Below are positions 35,994 through 51,399 of a stretch of DNA of 64,000 nucleotides, in pieces. The translations under genes and the position numbers were made by a program. Under the pieces are notes generated by a model. It ran no database searches, was not told the DNA's origin, and was given only the letters and a program-made list of their open reading frames with translations. Position 1 is the first letter of the stretch; every line of letters starts with the position of its first letter. Origin of the DNA: Podarcis vaucheri (taxonomy: Eukaryota); the NCBI GenBank assembly GCA_965113315.1, contig OZ220368.1. One strand, 5' to 3'.

Positions 35994-38900
35994 TATATAA
36001 TAAATAATGTTCACACTGGCTAGATGTTAATACATCTGAGTCTGTTTCCGTTGATCCTTCACACTTACAACCTGGTGACCATAGCATATTTTTGTGTGCC
36101 ATCATTTCTGGATCTGAACCATAATATTTGCATTCTGAGAGAGCACAGATGCTTTGGCTATGTAGTCATTATTAATTAATCAGAAATCATTCCAACAATG
36201 CTGATTTTCAATTATCAACAATTTATTTAAAAAGGTGCATCTCAACTTATCCATGCCATCCACAGCTGGAAAAAAATAAATTAAAAACACACCATCTTAG
36301 AATCAGCAGAATAAAATACACCACAGGGAAGGAATTAAACTTACTCTACACTTGCTTAGCCCTTAGCCCTGGCAATTAAAATATAGCAAAAACAAGCAAG
36401 TCTTTGCAGCATTTCTAAAAAAACACTCAGGCTCCAGTTTACATGAACTCCTGGGAATGTGGGAAAGACATTGAGAAATTTTCAGGCCCTAATGTAGGAG
36501 TGGGAAATCTCTTCCCTCCAGATGTTGTTGGACCACTCATTATTTTGCTTATAGTTCATATTTTGCATATTAATGGTTTAAGGCGGATACTCTCAGATGA
36601 TCATAAAAGACTGTGGTGAGACTTCGAGAAGGTGGCAATTTAAGTTGGTTTGCCAAGCAACTTTATTTAAGAAATCTGACTGTAAATTAAGCCAAATGCT
36701 TAAGAAATGTACAATGGGCTGGGTCCAGACTGTTTATGTGAATGGAAGGGCTCCTTTCATGGTCTCCAATGGATGAAGCAGGGGGAGATTACGGTCTCTT
36801 CCCTGACTTCCCCTCACCTTGGCAGCCCACACAGAGACACTACCTTTCACACTGTTGTTCCAGTTCAGCTTTTCAAGAGGGAATCAGAGACAGGCATGCA
36901 TAACTTGCCCTGTGCCCTCTCAACAGTGCAAGAGAGCTCTAGATCCAACCTAGCATGAATACAAATACAGAATAGATGAAGTTACCTGTTAATGTATCCT
37001 CCTCAAATATTACAACACCAGGGACAATATTTAGGATCTAACAAAGCTTTAGTGCCAATCAGATCTACTCATGCAAATGGAAGTGTTTCTGGGGTTTTTC
37101 CCCATTCTCCCCTTCAGCTGCAAGACTCCAAACCACATCTCATTCCAGTCTGGCATATTTCCCAACCAAACAGGAGCAGCTTTCAAGTGGTGCAGGAGGC
37201 AGCAGCAGTAAAGTCTTTCTTCATTCCATGAATGGAATTCCATTCATATTAATACAAGCAAATATTTTTTTTCTCTCTCACACCCCCACCCCCACACACA
37301 CCTCTACAATATTTACAGCAGTGGATTTTGTTTCTTTGTTTTCCATTTAGTAAAAGAAGTTGCAACAACAAAACAAAACTTTGCTCCTCCTATTTCTTCT
37401 TTTTCAAAATGGCATGAAACGATACAACTTTCATGTCCCGATATTTACTCTATTCAATTAATATATATCTATTTTCCTGAGCTGGCTAGGCTTTCCAAGA
37501 ATCCCATCCAAAAAAACAGAAGGGAAATGAATTCTATGTATTAAAAGCTGGTGCTTTTTAGGCATCTGAAGCTAGACAAGAATATGCAACCCTTGGCAGA
37601 GTCAACCCATTCATCCCAATGAAAATGCTGTGCAAAATCCAAGAGTGTACAGTCATTCATTCACTGAGAACGAATGAATTCTCAGTGATGCCCCCCTCCT
37701 GTACCACACGTAAGTCATCAGCTTCTCCATTTGTTATTTCTCCTTCCCTGGAACAAACAACTCTCTACACCCAACCACAAAGTTTCACGCAAATATATTT
37801 CAGAATTTAAAATTTATGTCCTAAGTAAGAAGGATGAAAGAAATATCTGACTTTGCATTATTAAGCAGATGAGCAGAATAAATGCATTTCTGACATCCTT
37901 CATACTTACTACAGCCAAGGAGAGCAAAGGTGGATCAAACTTCAGAAGATCCGCAGCTCCAATCCAAGTCCGTCTAGGAGTATTTCTGTATTCCAAATAA
38001 GTCTTTCTGCCATAATCCTATTGGAGTGTAATTGCTGTGGCTAATATCCTTACCCTGTTATGAAAATGTTCCACATAAATGTGGTACCAAGTTGTTATGA
38101 TAACACATGATCATGCTGTGAAATGGTAATTCCTATACAATAGCCCTTGCCAATACCATAAATCTCTTTATTAGACAACATACTATTACAGGAGATCTAC
38201 TTAACTGTTTCTCTACTTAAAGGGCCATTTGGTGTTACAACAACAAGCCGATTTTTTCACATTAGCAAGGATTAGACAGTATAAATAATGAATCGGCACC
38301 AAGATGGTGTACTTTTGTGACACCAGTAAACCTTTTTGCTAGTTGTTTAAAAGGATAATCAAAAATACAATAAAAGCCTGTGTTCTCCTGCACATATACA
38401 CATTTTTAACATTACGGCATTGTAATAAACCTTCAGAAGAATCAACTCTCAAACCAATTTTCTGGGAGGATTTATGGCAAGTGAGTGTGTTTCTGAGTGC
38501 TGCTTCAGTTTTATGGAATGTGCAACTATGCATAATGCTCTATTTCATATTAAAATCACAGCAGATAGCATGCAGACTTCCCAAACTACCTTAAATGAAA
38601 ATAGAGCACCATTATTTTTCAGAGCTAAACAGTGCTTATTTCAATGCCATCTCCATTACCTTCTTTGTACATCAAGCAATATATTAAGTCACATTTATTT
38701 CCCTAACATTTCTCTTGTTTCATGAAGGGCTTCATCATCCGAAAATGCATAATTCAAATTCTAAAACATGCAGGAACATCCTTCAAATTCCTGATACTAA
38801 ACCTTAAAAGATGACATTAGCAAATGCAAGGCGCCCATGTCTTAGGTGATATTTATTTATTAATAAGCTCATAATTTGATATTATTATACCACCACGGCC

Positions 38901-40605
38901 TTTTTAAACTGTAAGCAGGGCTGTAGTTTATTTCACCCCTAAACGGTTTAATGCTGAAGGTTTAGCTGTTGAATGCATTACACTAATTTGTTGGCTATAG
39001 TACTAGTGATGTTTTTTTTTTGTAAAACAAAAACTAAGACTTGACCTGGCAACTGTAACGTAACCAACAATATAGATGAAAGAAAGAAAGAAAGAAAGAT
39101 AGATGTGAGAAAATATCCCATTGTCACAGCTTTCCACTCAGCATACCACACTATAGTTAAATTAAGGAAGCCCTGAAGCTCGTGAACTTATTTTATTTAT
39201 TTTTAAAGAAGGCAACAAATTATTTTCTGAATATTTACTGATGTTTCGGTTGCCAATGATTCTTTACATCCCCCCCCCCGATACAGTTGCACAAGTATTA
39301 CTAACATGGGAGTTTGCTTTTTTTTAAAAAAAAAACAAAACCTAATTTTAAAGCAAAGAGTATTTTCATCTGAAAAGGAATGTCATTTTAACATCCACTT
39401 TTTGCATATTAAATTTACAATTGTTTGCCAATTGCTATCAGCGATGTAGGCGCTTCTCAAAGCATACCCTTGAACACACTTTACATGTAAAACACTTCTA
39501 ATCTGAGCAAAAGCAACAGAGAATGCTGTAACAAGCAGACATTGTATTTATGCTGAAAAACAATTGCAGTCCTTTAAAAAAAAAAAAGCCACGATTATTC
39601 TGATTATCTCATATGCAAGCTCCCTCTGCAGGTAATAAGAAGAGTTAGCAAAAAGTATGCAGAAAATGCAAAAATTTAGCACTGGAAGACAAACAAATGG
39701 ACACTCTTTGAAAGGAATTCCCAGACAGCTAAGAGTTACCTGATATCAGTCACTCCTGAAGAAGGCACCCTGGCCATTTTTATCTCCTGCTGGCTCTATC
39801 TAGTTATCCTTGTCCTTCAAAACAGTTAAGCAAGCAGCTTTAGCTCACTGCATACGAAGATGTAAAAGCTGCTGCTGCTGCTGCTGTTCCCCCCCCCCCT
39901 CAACATCACATTAAGACTTTTATGGGAAAGGGAAAACCAACACTGAACCTTCCTGAAGTGGAGGGACCACCCAAAACAAGTCATCACTTCCAGGCTAAAT
40001 CATCTCCTTAACCAAAATAAACAAACACAGCACTGTGGCTCTGTTTAACGTCCCTCTGCCACATAAGCCAAAACCTATTCCTATTAGGATTAACTTGCTA
40101 CCTCAAAGTTTAGTATCAATTACACTGAATACAAACATGGGTATTTTAAGAAAAATAAGCACATAATATGAAATAACAGGGGGGAAACATTTACTAGTTG
40201 TCATACCCTTGTTTTCATCCATCCTAAGAAAACCATTCTACTATCACAGAAAACACTTTTGGGCAAGCGTCGATATGTATAGCTATAATAAATGAACACA
40301 CCCAATGTTTGATATAAACTCAGTAAGCTTCAGGCTTTGGGTGGCTTCTGACTCGGGCTACAATCCCAACCATGTCTACTTGGCAGTAAGTCCCATTAAA
40401 TCACTCTAAGGTTAAGTGAGGTGCGCAGACCCACCGAAATTAGTGCACAAGTTTTAGTCATTGCTGTCTTAAGTCCACTGGTGTCAACAGATCCACTCTG
40501 TATGTGACTTTGTCAGATACCATCCATACTGTGCCAGAGGTGCTAGCCAAAGTCAACCTACAGTTGGACTACAATTGCAAACCGAACCAACCCCAAACCC
40601 TTGAA

Positions 40606-40805
40606 GAAGGGCTGTAACTCAGCAGAAGAGTATCTGATTTTAATGAAGAAGGTCCCAAGGTTCAATCCCTAGTATTATATCCAGACAAGGCTGAGAGAAA
40701 CCACAGTCCAAAACTCTAGAGAGCCACTGTGAGTCAGTGGAGACAATGCCGAGCTAGATGAATCAATAGTCTGAACTGGTATAGAAGAAGCTCCCTATGT
40801 TGCTA
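40606..40805 (+). mobile_element. Squam3-like tRNA-derived SINE
   Basis: gaagggctgtaactcag..aaggtcccaaggttcaatccct (B box)..gagagccactgtgagtcagtggagacaatgccgagctagatg..gctccctatgttgcta. Confidence 0.8.
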
Positions 40806-43800
40806 CGTAACGTCAGCATTTGTGAAGCTGGAGTGGCACCAGTTTTCTACTTTTTACCTTAACCATTTGTTAGGTCACTCCTACAAACAAGAAAGGCTTT
40901 GTGGTCTAATATAAAATGAACCCAAGGTTGATTTCAATGTCCAAGCTCAATTTCTCTGGGTTGTCATAAAATTCCTCTATAAACCAAGCAAGACCCTTTC
41001 AGAAATTCAATTACTAATATATAAAACCTAGAGATTTTGCCCTCCGGGGTAGGGATGAATTCACGAACTACAAGGTTAGGGGCGAAAATCCAACACAGAT
41101 GATGACAATACGGCCTTTGCCACCCGGGGAGGAAATGAAGTGCAGCATGCAGACCAAAATGCTGTTTCTAATAAATGATGATAGCACTGGTAAAAATGAT
41201 AACCAACGTACATTTTTTAAAAATCGATGAGAAATAACTGAAAGGAATATTTAAAGGCAAAATGGTTAAAGCAGACTAGGAAAGGATTTTTCTGAACGAG
41301 CTTTCAAAAGCTTGTAACACAAGCATATAGGCAACTCTTCTCTGTTACAGGAAAGCCTCTAGTGGCCAAATCCATAGCCTGTCATCAGCAGGTCCTGTTT
41401 GGTAATCTTCAAACGATGTGGCCTTGAAGGCTTCAGGCACAGTGAGTGCTGAGAGAAGGAACACAGCATCCAAACTACACATAAAAAAAATTTAGAGAAA
41501 GAAAAATCAGACTATTTCACTGTTTTCTTGCAAATCTAAGCAAAAAACAGAAAGGGCAAGTCCCTCTGTAATAACTCTGATTTCCTCTCCTCTCCTTTCC
41601 TGTTGTCTATCAACAAGAGTTTATTTCCAACCTTTCCTTTCTGAAGCTGAGCAAGATCATATTCAGTAAGTACACATGACAAAACTAGAACCCAGTTATT
41701 CCATCCACGTATGCTAATATAGCTACACTGATTTCAAAAGACATCAGTCTAGTCCAAATATGCACCTGCACTCAGCACAAAGCGAATCAGGTCTTGTCAG
41801 TCAGCAAGGAATATTTCATCAGCAGCTAAATGCAATCACAATTATAGCTGAGCCCTCCAGACTACACATACTGGAACAGAAATACCTCTTGCAAGGAGTG
41901 CGGGGGGGGGGGTTGTTTGTGGACCCATTTTATTTACCCAGATCAAAGAGAGTCTGGGTCGTTAACTTGCAGTGTGGCTGCAAGGTCCTTTCATGCTATC
42001 CTGGCCAAAGAAAGGAGGGAAAGGAATCTTGCATTAAGCCATGACAGGGCAAAAACAATGGCTGACTCACGTCAACAATCATGTTCCATCATGAAATCCG
42101 GCTCCTGAGCTTGCCAGAAAAGATGCCACCCAGCAATATTTTAAATGGAAAGAGGCAAGAGCTGAACAAGCTTGGCAGAGTTGCCTTCTCTGTCTTAATC
42201 TCTCACACATGTACAAGTTCTTATGGTATGCACTGTCCATGGGTGGAAGAAGATGACAGAAATTGTTGGCATGCCAGTGGGAAATGTAATGATTTTAGGT
42301 GCTGGCTGTTTCTTCTTTTGTGCTACATGCTCAAGTGATTAATTTGGAAAAGCAAAACAAAGCAAAAGGACTTCTGGAGCTTTCTGAAAGACACCCTATG
42401 TCTGGTAGTCCTATGGCCTATTGCCAGAAGTGTGGGGTGAGCTATGATTATTTAGAGGGGGGGAAACTATGAACACTGCTCCTCTTCAAAAGCACTAGGG
42501 CCTGGGGCCATGTCCTAGAGGTCTTAAGTTGCTGGACTTAGCCCAGAGGGAGGTCTGTTTCCAATTAAACCTTGCTCCCATCAAGCCAAAGTTTCATCCC
42601 AGTTTCAACTCTCCATATACCTTATCAGCAACTAAGTAGAAATCTTAGAATTCTTTTTTTTTAAAAAAAAAAAAAACAGTCATCCATTTCCCCAGCAGCA
42701 AAGAACAATTTTGGCAGTAATGGAAGTGAAAGTATTCCGCCGTCTAGAAGCAGAGCAATAATCATTCCGAGGTGTTGACTCATATGAAAAAATATCTACA
42801 GCAGACGCAACACACAGTTAAAAGAAAGAATAAAAGCACCTATTTAAATATGGGGATGAATTTTGCATCAAGGGAACAAATCAAATGGTAAAAAAATAGA
42901 GTATCAACTGTTAAAGCATAACTAATTGCTCAAAATTGTTATTATGTATTCTCCAAACTAAGAACATGCAGACAACTAAGTTTGCTATCCTATACCCACT
43001 TAGGATATTATTTCTGAAATACACTGATTTGCACAATAGCTCTTATTCAAAACTTTTGCAACTCAAGCAATATAGGTAACAACAACAGCCTAAACATAGT
43101 GCCCAGTATTTTTTATTCAAAATAACAAATTTTAGAACCCACAAAAAACGTGAATCCAGTATCAAAATAGCAGAATGTGTTCCCCTTGACTTAGAATCAT
43201 TTCCTAATTTCTACATCCATATGCCAAGCATTTCTCTCCTGAACATGGCAAAAAATATTTAAAATATTAGAGTTTAGAACCAGTATTTATATTCAAACAA
43301 TGTATTACTGTCCTTCAGCCTTACTGTTTTGAGAAAAGCAGCATCTGACAATGTTTACTACTCCTTCTCATTCACACAAAATGAAGCAAGAGGTAGCAAG
43401 CCTCACATGCTGGGGTATCCTACAGCAGCTTTGCCCTATTTATCCCCCAAAATCTCCTAGAAAAATTCTTGAAACGGACAAAAACATTTATATATAAATA
43501 GAAAGTAATGTAAAGCATGCAAATGTATATAAAAAGTATCCTTTTACCATAAACGCTAGTCAAGCGGAATGAGAATCTGCTTGATATACTGGAATTATAA
43601 CTTAAATTAATTCTCTTTTTTTTTAAAAAAAACTGTAGATTGTGGGCAAAACATGAAAACTACAGTGCAAGGAGATGTAGTTTCTCCTTGCCTCTTGCAA
43701 AAATAAGCAACATTGTAAAGTGTTTTGTACACTAAAAGTGCTATATGTAGCTACTAAAGATTGGTTACAAAAACATTTGGCTGCATTATGTCTTTAAAAA

Positions 43801-44884
43801 TTAGAACTTCGCTTCCTTTTGTATCCATGTACCTAAATACAAAATAACAAAAAACAAGCATTGTTTCTTCAGAGGCCGCATGCATGTCTAATTGATGGCT
43901 TTCCCTTTCTTCAAAAGCACTGTAATACTTACAGTGGGGAGGCTGGATCCATTTCCTATGATCAGTGTCAAATATTTCACACAGGGAAAAGTCACAATTC
44001 ATGCATCGCATTTGACACAGTGTGTGTGTGTGTGTTTCGCTACCCAGGTTTGTACCAACTACAAAATGTGTTTAAATAAGCTGTCCAGAGCAAACGCAAT
44101 TCAGAACCAACATGCAATCATTTAAATGCCCAAGTATATTTTAATGTTTATAAGGTTCAAATTCTAGGCTGTTCGCCAACAAGAGCTCCCCTTTTCTCCC
44201 TCAGCACACGTTCTGTTGTCAGGCCATGATTAATTCTGTGCTCTGTAGAGGGAGACATTACATCCGGGCTAAAACATACCTAAATTTTACCCTGAGGCAG
44301 AGGTCTGGTTTAAACATCTCCATTCAAAGTGGCATTTGTCTTCCCCTTTTCAGTCACTTTATTCAGAAATTCTAGCATGATGACTTGGTGACCTACAAAT
44401 GGCCCACCGGTTTTAAACTGTTATGTTGCTTGCCCCTTGTAGCTGGCTGTACTCAGGGTAGCAAGATTGTGTGTGCATCAGGAAACTACACAGAGGCAGA
44501 TGTTCAACAAATGAAAAAGACAAATTCTAGCTTTCTGTACAAAAGGCAGAGGCAATGTTTTCAAACTACAGTATTACAACACAGAGAGCCTACAGAAATA
44601 TGCAATCATTTTAAAAACAGAAAAATATCACTAACACATCATCATACATATATTTTATTTTTAAAAAGGTGAACAACTGTATCTTAAGTGAATTTTTCTA
44701 CGCTGGAGACATGAAATGGATGCTATTACTGTCACCCTACAAAGTAATGTACTTTTCTATATTTTGTCTTCATTCTTGCATGAAACACCTACTGAGGTTT
44801 TCATATTTTTTTCCATTACAAAATCAAGGAAGATATGCAGGTAAAAAACAAAAAATGGGTTGCGTGACCATTTTCCATACTCAA

Positions 44885-45240
44885 TGCAATCCTATACACG
44901 TCTATGACAAATATATACATTTACGCAGAAGCAAGCCCTACTGAGTTCAATGGGGCTTACCTGTCAGAGTGTATAGGATTGTAGCGTATATTCCATTTCT
45001 TTTGGAAAGTTAATGCTCTATTAGTTGACTTATCCACTTGTGCTCCTGCACAGAGAAAAGCAACAACCACCTACGGTAGAAAAATGTAGCAAAATTACAT
45101 GCTATTGCATATACGGTAGATTACACTATATTCTTGGTGCATTAAGAGCACAATCCTATGTATGTTGACTCAGAAGTAAATCCTACTGTGCTTACAATGA
45201 GGCTAACTCCCATGTAAGTGGGCACAGGTCTGCAGTCTCT
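44885..45240. mobile_element. Two short palindromic interspersed elements (caatcctat...ataggattg family)
   Basis: 44885-44985 has caatcctatacac / gtgtataggattg arms around a ctactgagttcaatggggcttac core. A second copy lies at ~45148-45238, with relics near 32030, 34140 and 40360. Confidence 0.6.
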
Positions 45241-45898
45241 ATATGGCCACTTTTGATAATGCTAGGGAATTCATACATTGCTGGCAAGATGCTACTTAAC
45301 AAGGTAATCTCATTTCTGTGGTTTTTCAGTATAATTGATTTTCCCTCTTAGCTGCTCTGATAATTGAGCAAAATTATACAAGCGTGGTGGGATTTTACTT
45401 ACCAGCGCACAACACATAAAATCTTCTACAAAGATGAAGTATACTACTTCATAAAACTTCATTTTTGTTGTAATTAAACAAATTGTATTTAAGTTTGGCT
45501 TGTGCTGCCAAAGCAATCAATAGCATTCATTTTATTTATTTTGCAGCAGGCTGCACTTTTATCTGCAGGTGTCAGGCCCTGTGTTTACTTTTAGTCAAGA
45601 CTACAATGTTCTTGACTAGTGTGCCTTTCTGAATAAAATTTAGGGTGGAAAATAACAGGCTTCTGTACAGTTGGAAGCATTTAACGCCTGACAAATACCA
45701 CAAGGGAGGAAAAATAATAGCACATGCAAATTATATATTGCTTCTTTGACCCATAAAATGCTCCGTTTAAGATAATGAGCCACAACCTTGCCTGCACTGT
45801 AATTCCAGAGTCTGATCAACAACGTTTTTCCTTAAAAGACTCAACTGATAGTTTTAAGTGCATCAGGTTGTCGCTTATCTTTTAGTACTTGTTAAGGA

Positions 45899-45901
<3 letters not shown>

Positions 45902-45940
<39 letters not shown>
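45902..45940. repeat. (TG)n microsatellite
   Basis: Direct reading. Confidence 0.95.
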
Positions 45941-48900
45941 AGTAATAGAGAGAGGGAGAGAACTTCAGCAGTCACCACTAAAAATAAAAAATAATGCTAT
46001 AGGAAGCAATGAATTACCATGTAACTAAGCTGATATAAAAATGATCAGCTTCGACAGACAATGTTTATGTAGGAGAATTCTTCAGAAAGGAAATGAACTA
46101 ATATTTTAACTGATCAAGAGGAGATAACAGAATAAACTCTTATTAACTCCCAAATATCATCAGCTCCATCTGCCTGGAAGTTCCATTATAATGACATTTA
46201 TCCTATTTTTCAACAATCAGAAAAAAATTAAGCATGCTATGTTTAAGAGTGCACATGTGCTCCTGGGAAACTGAAAAGCTTATGCCTCTCTCTTCAAACA
46301 TGTAGCATCAAATCTTCAAAATAAGAATAGAAAACAGTTCTGTGTAATGTGACATGTATAAGTAGCATGACTAATGATAATTCCGCTAAATTTCCTATGG
46401 AAAAATAACGGACTTGTTTCTGCTCCTACGCACGAATTAAAAAGTACAGTTGGGTTTAACTATTGCTTCCTATCTTTCATTTGGAAAAGTCATTAGCAGT
46501 TTTAGCAACTTATTTTTAACTGCCATCTTGCAGACATCCAAAACAAAATAACCCCCAACTCCTGAGACTTCACTATAACAGAAAGGGCACCCACCCCCCA
46601 CAAAGACAGATCCCACAAACAGCCATTTGACACTCCATTCAATTAAAGTCTGGTTTCTATGGAAAATCCATGTTGTTTAAAGGGGGAAAAGGCTTTTTAA
46701 ATCCCAGGGAGCGGGGTTGGCTATTTTAAACAAAAACAAAACAGTAATTTCTGTGTAATTTCTTTTGCAATGCACACACCTTCTTCTGAAAGGTAACTTG
46801 TTCCAGTGTTAACTATATAGTTTCCCCAAAATTATACTTGCGTGAAATGTTTTACCAGGAAGTGCAATATATCCTTAAAGGGGGGGGGGAATTATGCCTG
46901 TCAAATTCTTCAACATTGTTTGTTCGTGTCAATTATGCTATGTAAAACAGATGAAAGCAGTGACATGCCAGTTTGTAGTATTTTAAGTATGAATTGCACT
47001 ATTATATGTGGTTCCCTGACTGGATCTTACCCCATCTTAGTAACTTCCATTGCTGATATGTTGTCACTGAAAGCTGTAAGGGACAAATGAAACATGGCGG
47101 CAGCTTCTGAAGTGTTCAAATTATGGACTAACCGCTAAGCAAACTTTGCTTTTTTAATGCTCTCCTCTTGCTCATTTTAAAGAAGGAAAACACCCAGAAG
47201 CCTGGTGTTAATGTCTCTGCTGATTGTGAAAATTGCTGCAATAAAAACTCCAACTGCTTGCCTTAAATTAAGACTTCCAAGACTACATGCAACATCTATA
47301 TCTTTGTATTGGTTTTTATAACATTTGGAAGCTTGGCTGCTTTCTTTGATGTTGGCCCATTAATGAATAGGGGAGCCAAATGTGACAGAGAGAAAAAAAT
47401 AACTGTTTATTAGAATATCTCAAGTCAAAACCTGCTTTAATTGGTTTGTGCTACCCCACGTTGATTCAATATCCTGATTTCTCCAGCTCTAACTGCCAAA
47501 GCAACTGAATATCTATGTTCAGTTGCTGTTGCCAACACATAGTGACCCACTGTGATTGAAAATGGCAGCTGAAGCACGGCTGTAGCACATTAATTTCTGT
47601 CTAAGTGGTCCAATTTTGTCTTATGAATTGCTGAAAGTCTTCCTTCTGTGGCATTTTTATAGAAATTTGTCGAATTTCAAGATCACAGTCATTTAAACTG
47701 AAGTGCAACATTTCCAAGACAATTTTTAGATTATCTCTAATGGCTGTACTTCCTTTACAGCATGTAATGTACTTTCTTTACAGCACTCTATGTCCAAAGC
47801 AGACTAGTTAAAAGTAACTTAAGTGTCGTAATGACAACTGCATCAATATGTTCCATTTATACCACCAAAAGGTACTGCTATAAGCAACTGAAGGCATTAA
47901 GAGTAAATAAACTGGTGAAAATCACCTCAGTGTAATGATACCCCATTTGAGGACTGTTAAAAGATCTCCATCCACAAAATCCTGAACTGCTCTTAAATTT
48001 AAATTAAAAGACATTTAAAATTAGCAAATGTCTTTTTAAAAAAACAAACCCCTGCACAATTCATTGTTTTCTTCAAGGCTTCCAAGCAGCCCAGCTTCTT
48101 AGTGATAGTAAACTAAAAATAGACTAATATGGATAGCAAAACAATTCTCCTGCTTTAACAACCTATTTTTCCCACCCCAAACTAACCACTGGAGCCATGG
48201 AAATAAAGTTACAATATCAGTAGAACAGATACATATGATTTACAGAAGAAGAAGAAGAGCAACCAAGAGGTATTAGAATACACTGGGAAAGTTCATTTTG
48301 TTTAGCTTGATAAAAGAGACCTACCAAACTTCATCGCTCCCCCACAACCTATGAACAATCTACTGTTTGGAAAGCAGCCCAATTTACTGAAGGAGTGCTG
48401 CATTCTGCTTGGCTACTGGTCTGCCAGATTACAAATATTGATTTTTTAAAAAATAATGAAAGAGGCATATCTCTTTGCAAACAGGAAAAAACCAGGAGTA
48501 GCTAATGAATCAAAAATTACGTAAATGTGGCAGCAACATAAACTGACTTAAAATGCAGTGATGAATATTCTGCAACTACACTGCCAGGACCAGTCCTTGC
48601 CACAGCTATTTAAAGAATATGCATTAACACTACTTCTACTGAGGAGGACAACAATAGCAACAAAAGCTACAGCACATGATTGTAGATAACCTATGCAAAA
48701 CTGACTGGAGGCTTTTAAAAAATATATATCCAGGAAGGCATTTTAATTATTCTCTTATTCTTTGGAAATTAATCGTAACAAATAAATAGAATGTTAAAAA
48801 TCTGTAGCACACCCTATGGAATAAAAAAGATCTGCCATTCCTGTATTATGTATGAGAAGAAACGTGTGCTTTCTTCAAAGATTTGCAACTGAGTGGTCTT

Positions 48901-49298
48901 TTCTTTCAAAGATTCATTTGTAGGGTTTTTTGTGTGTTTTTTTGAAGTAATTAGAAGTTCTTTTCCATTCAGGCCCCCTAATGAAATAATGTGCAGGCCA
49001 TATCCAAAGTGTGAGTCCAAAAGAAAAGGCCTTGCAAATCCCACTAACAGAAAAGATAGGAGACACCAGAAACTATGAAACAGTGGCTGCCACGGAAAAA
49101 GGTCACCCTTTTCCCCCCTTAGAACAAACCATTAATCAATAGAATATAATTGTTTGGCTGTTTGCAAGAGCCTGCAGCATACAGACTATGTTCTTCGCTG
49201 GCATAATTACAAAACAGTAAAAGTTCAGAAACATAACCCAAGCCCACCTCCCCCTTTTACCCCTTTACAATCCCCCCACTGCCCTTTGGGCCTCTGCT

Positions 49299-49463
49299 NN
49301 NNNNNNNNNNNNNNNNNNNNNNNNNNNNNNNNNNNNNNNNNNNNNNNNNNNNNNNNNNNNNNNNNNNNNNNNNNNNNNNNNNNNNNNNNNNNNNNNNNNN
49401 NNNNNNNNNNNNNNNNNNNNNNNNNNNNNNNNNNNNNNNNNNNNNNNNNNNNNNNNNNNNNNN
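49299..49463. other. Assembly gap (N run)
   Basis: Run of N. Confidence 0.99.
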
Positions 49464-50154
49464 ACAAAAGGGAGGGAATCAGAGTGTCTGAAGAAACCAA
49501 ACAACAGAACATTTGTTCTGCAGAATGCTCTAAGAACATGTTCTTAAGGGGAAGATAAACAACATACACCTGAAGCCCAAGATGAAGATCGGGTTTGCCA
49601 AAGCAATTGTGCCCAAAACCCACCACCACCAGATTTATAAGAGTCTATTATTAATTACAAAGCAAAAATCCAGAGTCTTTTACAGGGTATCGTCAACACA
49701 CAAACACACACCACCTTATGGAAGAAATCCCTCACACCTTGAGTCTAAGAGAAGGCGGCTTTTCAGGCTACCAGAACTGTATCCAAACACTTCTCCCAAT
49801 TAGATTCCCACCCCCAAGATGCTACAATAAATCACAACTTTAGCTTACACTTTTCAAAAGCATCCTCCAACACGCCACTTGTCCCCAGGTGGTCCTAAAT
49901 ACCTAACAAGTAGAAATGGAGCACAGGTTCTCCTTTTTGCCTCCCCTCAAGAGCCACAACTGCAAAGGATTATAATTCATTACTATTTGCAAGTCTCGTG
50001 CAAGGTGGGGGGGGGAAGCTAGTCAGGCTGCTCCTCCATCCTTGTGCTTTAGTAAAAATAAAAGTGCAACAAGTCATTATTTACTTAAAGGGCTGCAACT
50101 TTTCCTCTCAGCGGGCCACTTGAATTCATGAAGACGACTTGGTAGGGGCCTGCT

Positions 50155-50161
50155 ACACACA

Positions 50162-50210
<49 letters not shown>
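50155..50210. repeat. Compound (AC)n(AG)n microsatellite
   Basis: Direct reading. Confidence 0.95.
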
Positions 50211-50213
<3 letters not shown>

Positions 50214-51369
50214 CAGATGAATGAAATCAGCCACCAGGCTTTCTACTCTAAAAGCTCCCAGAGTGAGGAGGCTGCCTGGCTGGTCACACACATAGCAAAG
50301 AATGCTGGAGCAAAGGGAAGAAAGAGAAAAGCTTGCTCCAATAACAGGATCCAGATGGCTCTTGCTTTTAGCCAGAGACTTGCAAGCCTTCTTTGGAGGT
50401 TATCCCCCCCCCCCCTAAGAGAAGTAGGATTCCTAAAGAAACCCCTCTCCCGCTCCACAAATCCACACTAATTTCTTTCCATGGGAGAAATAAGAGCTGC
50501 AAAACAGGAGACAATGTGTACACCCCAACCCCAAACAGACTTCCAGTCCCAGGTCACTTTACACCCACAAGTCTGGGCACACTCGCTGGTAAAGAAAGTC
50601 CTCTGGAATCCCCATAAAAATGTCCTTCGCATTAAGTATGGCTTGAGCACTTGCTGCAATCTCACTTTGCGCACTTTATTTCTTTTTAAGGGGGACCCGA
50701 AGGCCAGTCAAATTAATACCAGAGCAACAGTCTTTCTTGAGGATCGGGCAAAGTTTAGCAAGCCGGGAGAGGTTTCTCTGCCTTCCACCCACCCACTCGC
50801 CCAGCATTTGAGCTGCTGGCGGTTCCCGAGGGAGCTTACATGCCACGCGGGGGTTTCGCGTGGCGGATGATTTGCGTGGCGAGCGGCCGGGGGGTGGGTA
50901 GGGAGGATAGGCTGGAAGAGGGGGAACCCCGAGCGAAAGTGGCCTGCAACAACGGACTGACTGACCTCTCGCCAAATCCCCGGGAGGAGCGCCGGTCCGC
51001 CCCGCTGCGCGCGGCGCAAGGGGGAAATCCTCGCGCGCGCTCTCGCTGGGTCTGATCACAGGCCCGCACAGCCCTCGGGAAAAAACTGCCTCTGGTCGTC
51101 CTCCTCCTCCTCCAGCCGGACTCTCAGCCCTTCAAGAGGCCAAGGCCCTCGAGGATCGCCACCCCAGAGCCTGCGCCACTTCACATGTGACTACGCTCTC
51201 AGGTCACCTTCTTTCCCACCCTCCACTTGCCCGGGAAAGACCCCAGCTTCAGAGTTCAACCCTCATCTGATCTGCCTTTGCCCAGGGAGGAAGATCTAGG
51301 AAGTAAAAGGACCATCGCGAGCCTCCCCATGCCTGAGTGTTGACCACCCCATGCCTCTCCCTTCCCATA

Positions 51370-51399
51370 TACATTCACATTCACACACACACACACACA

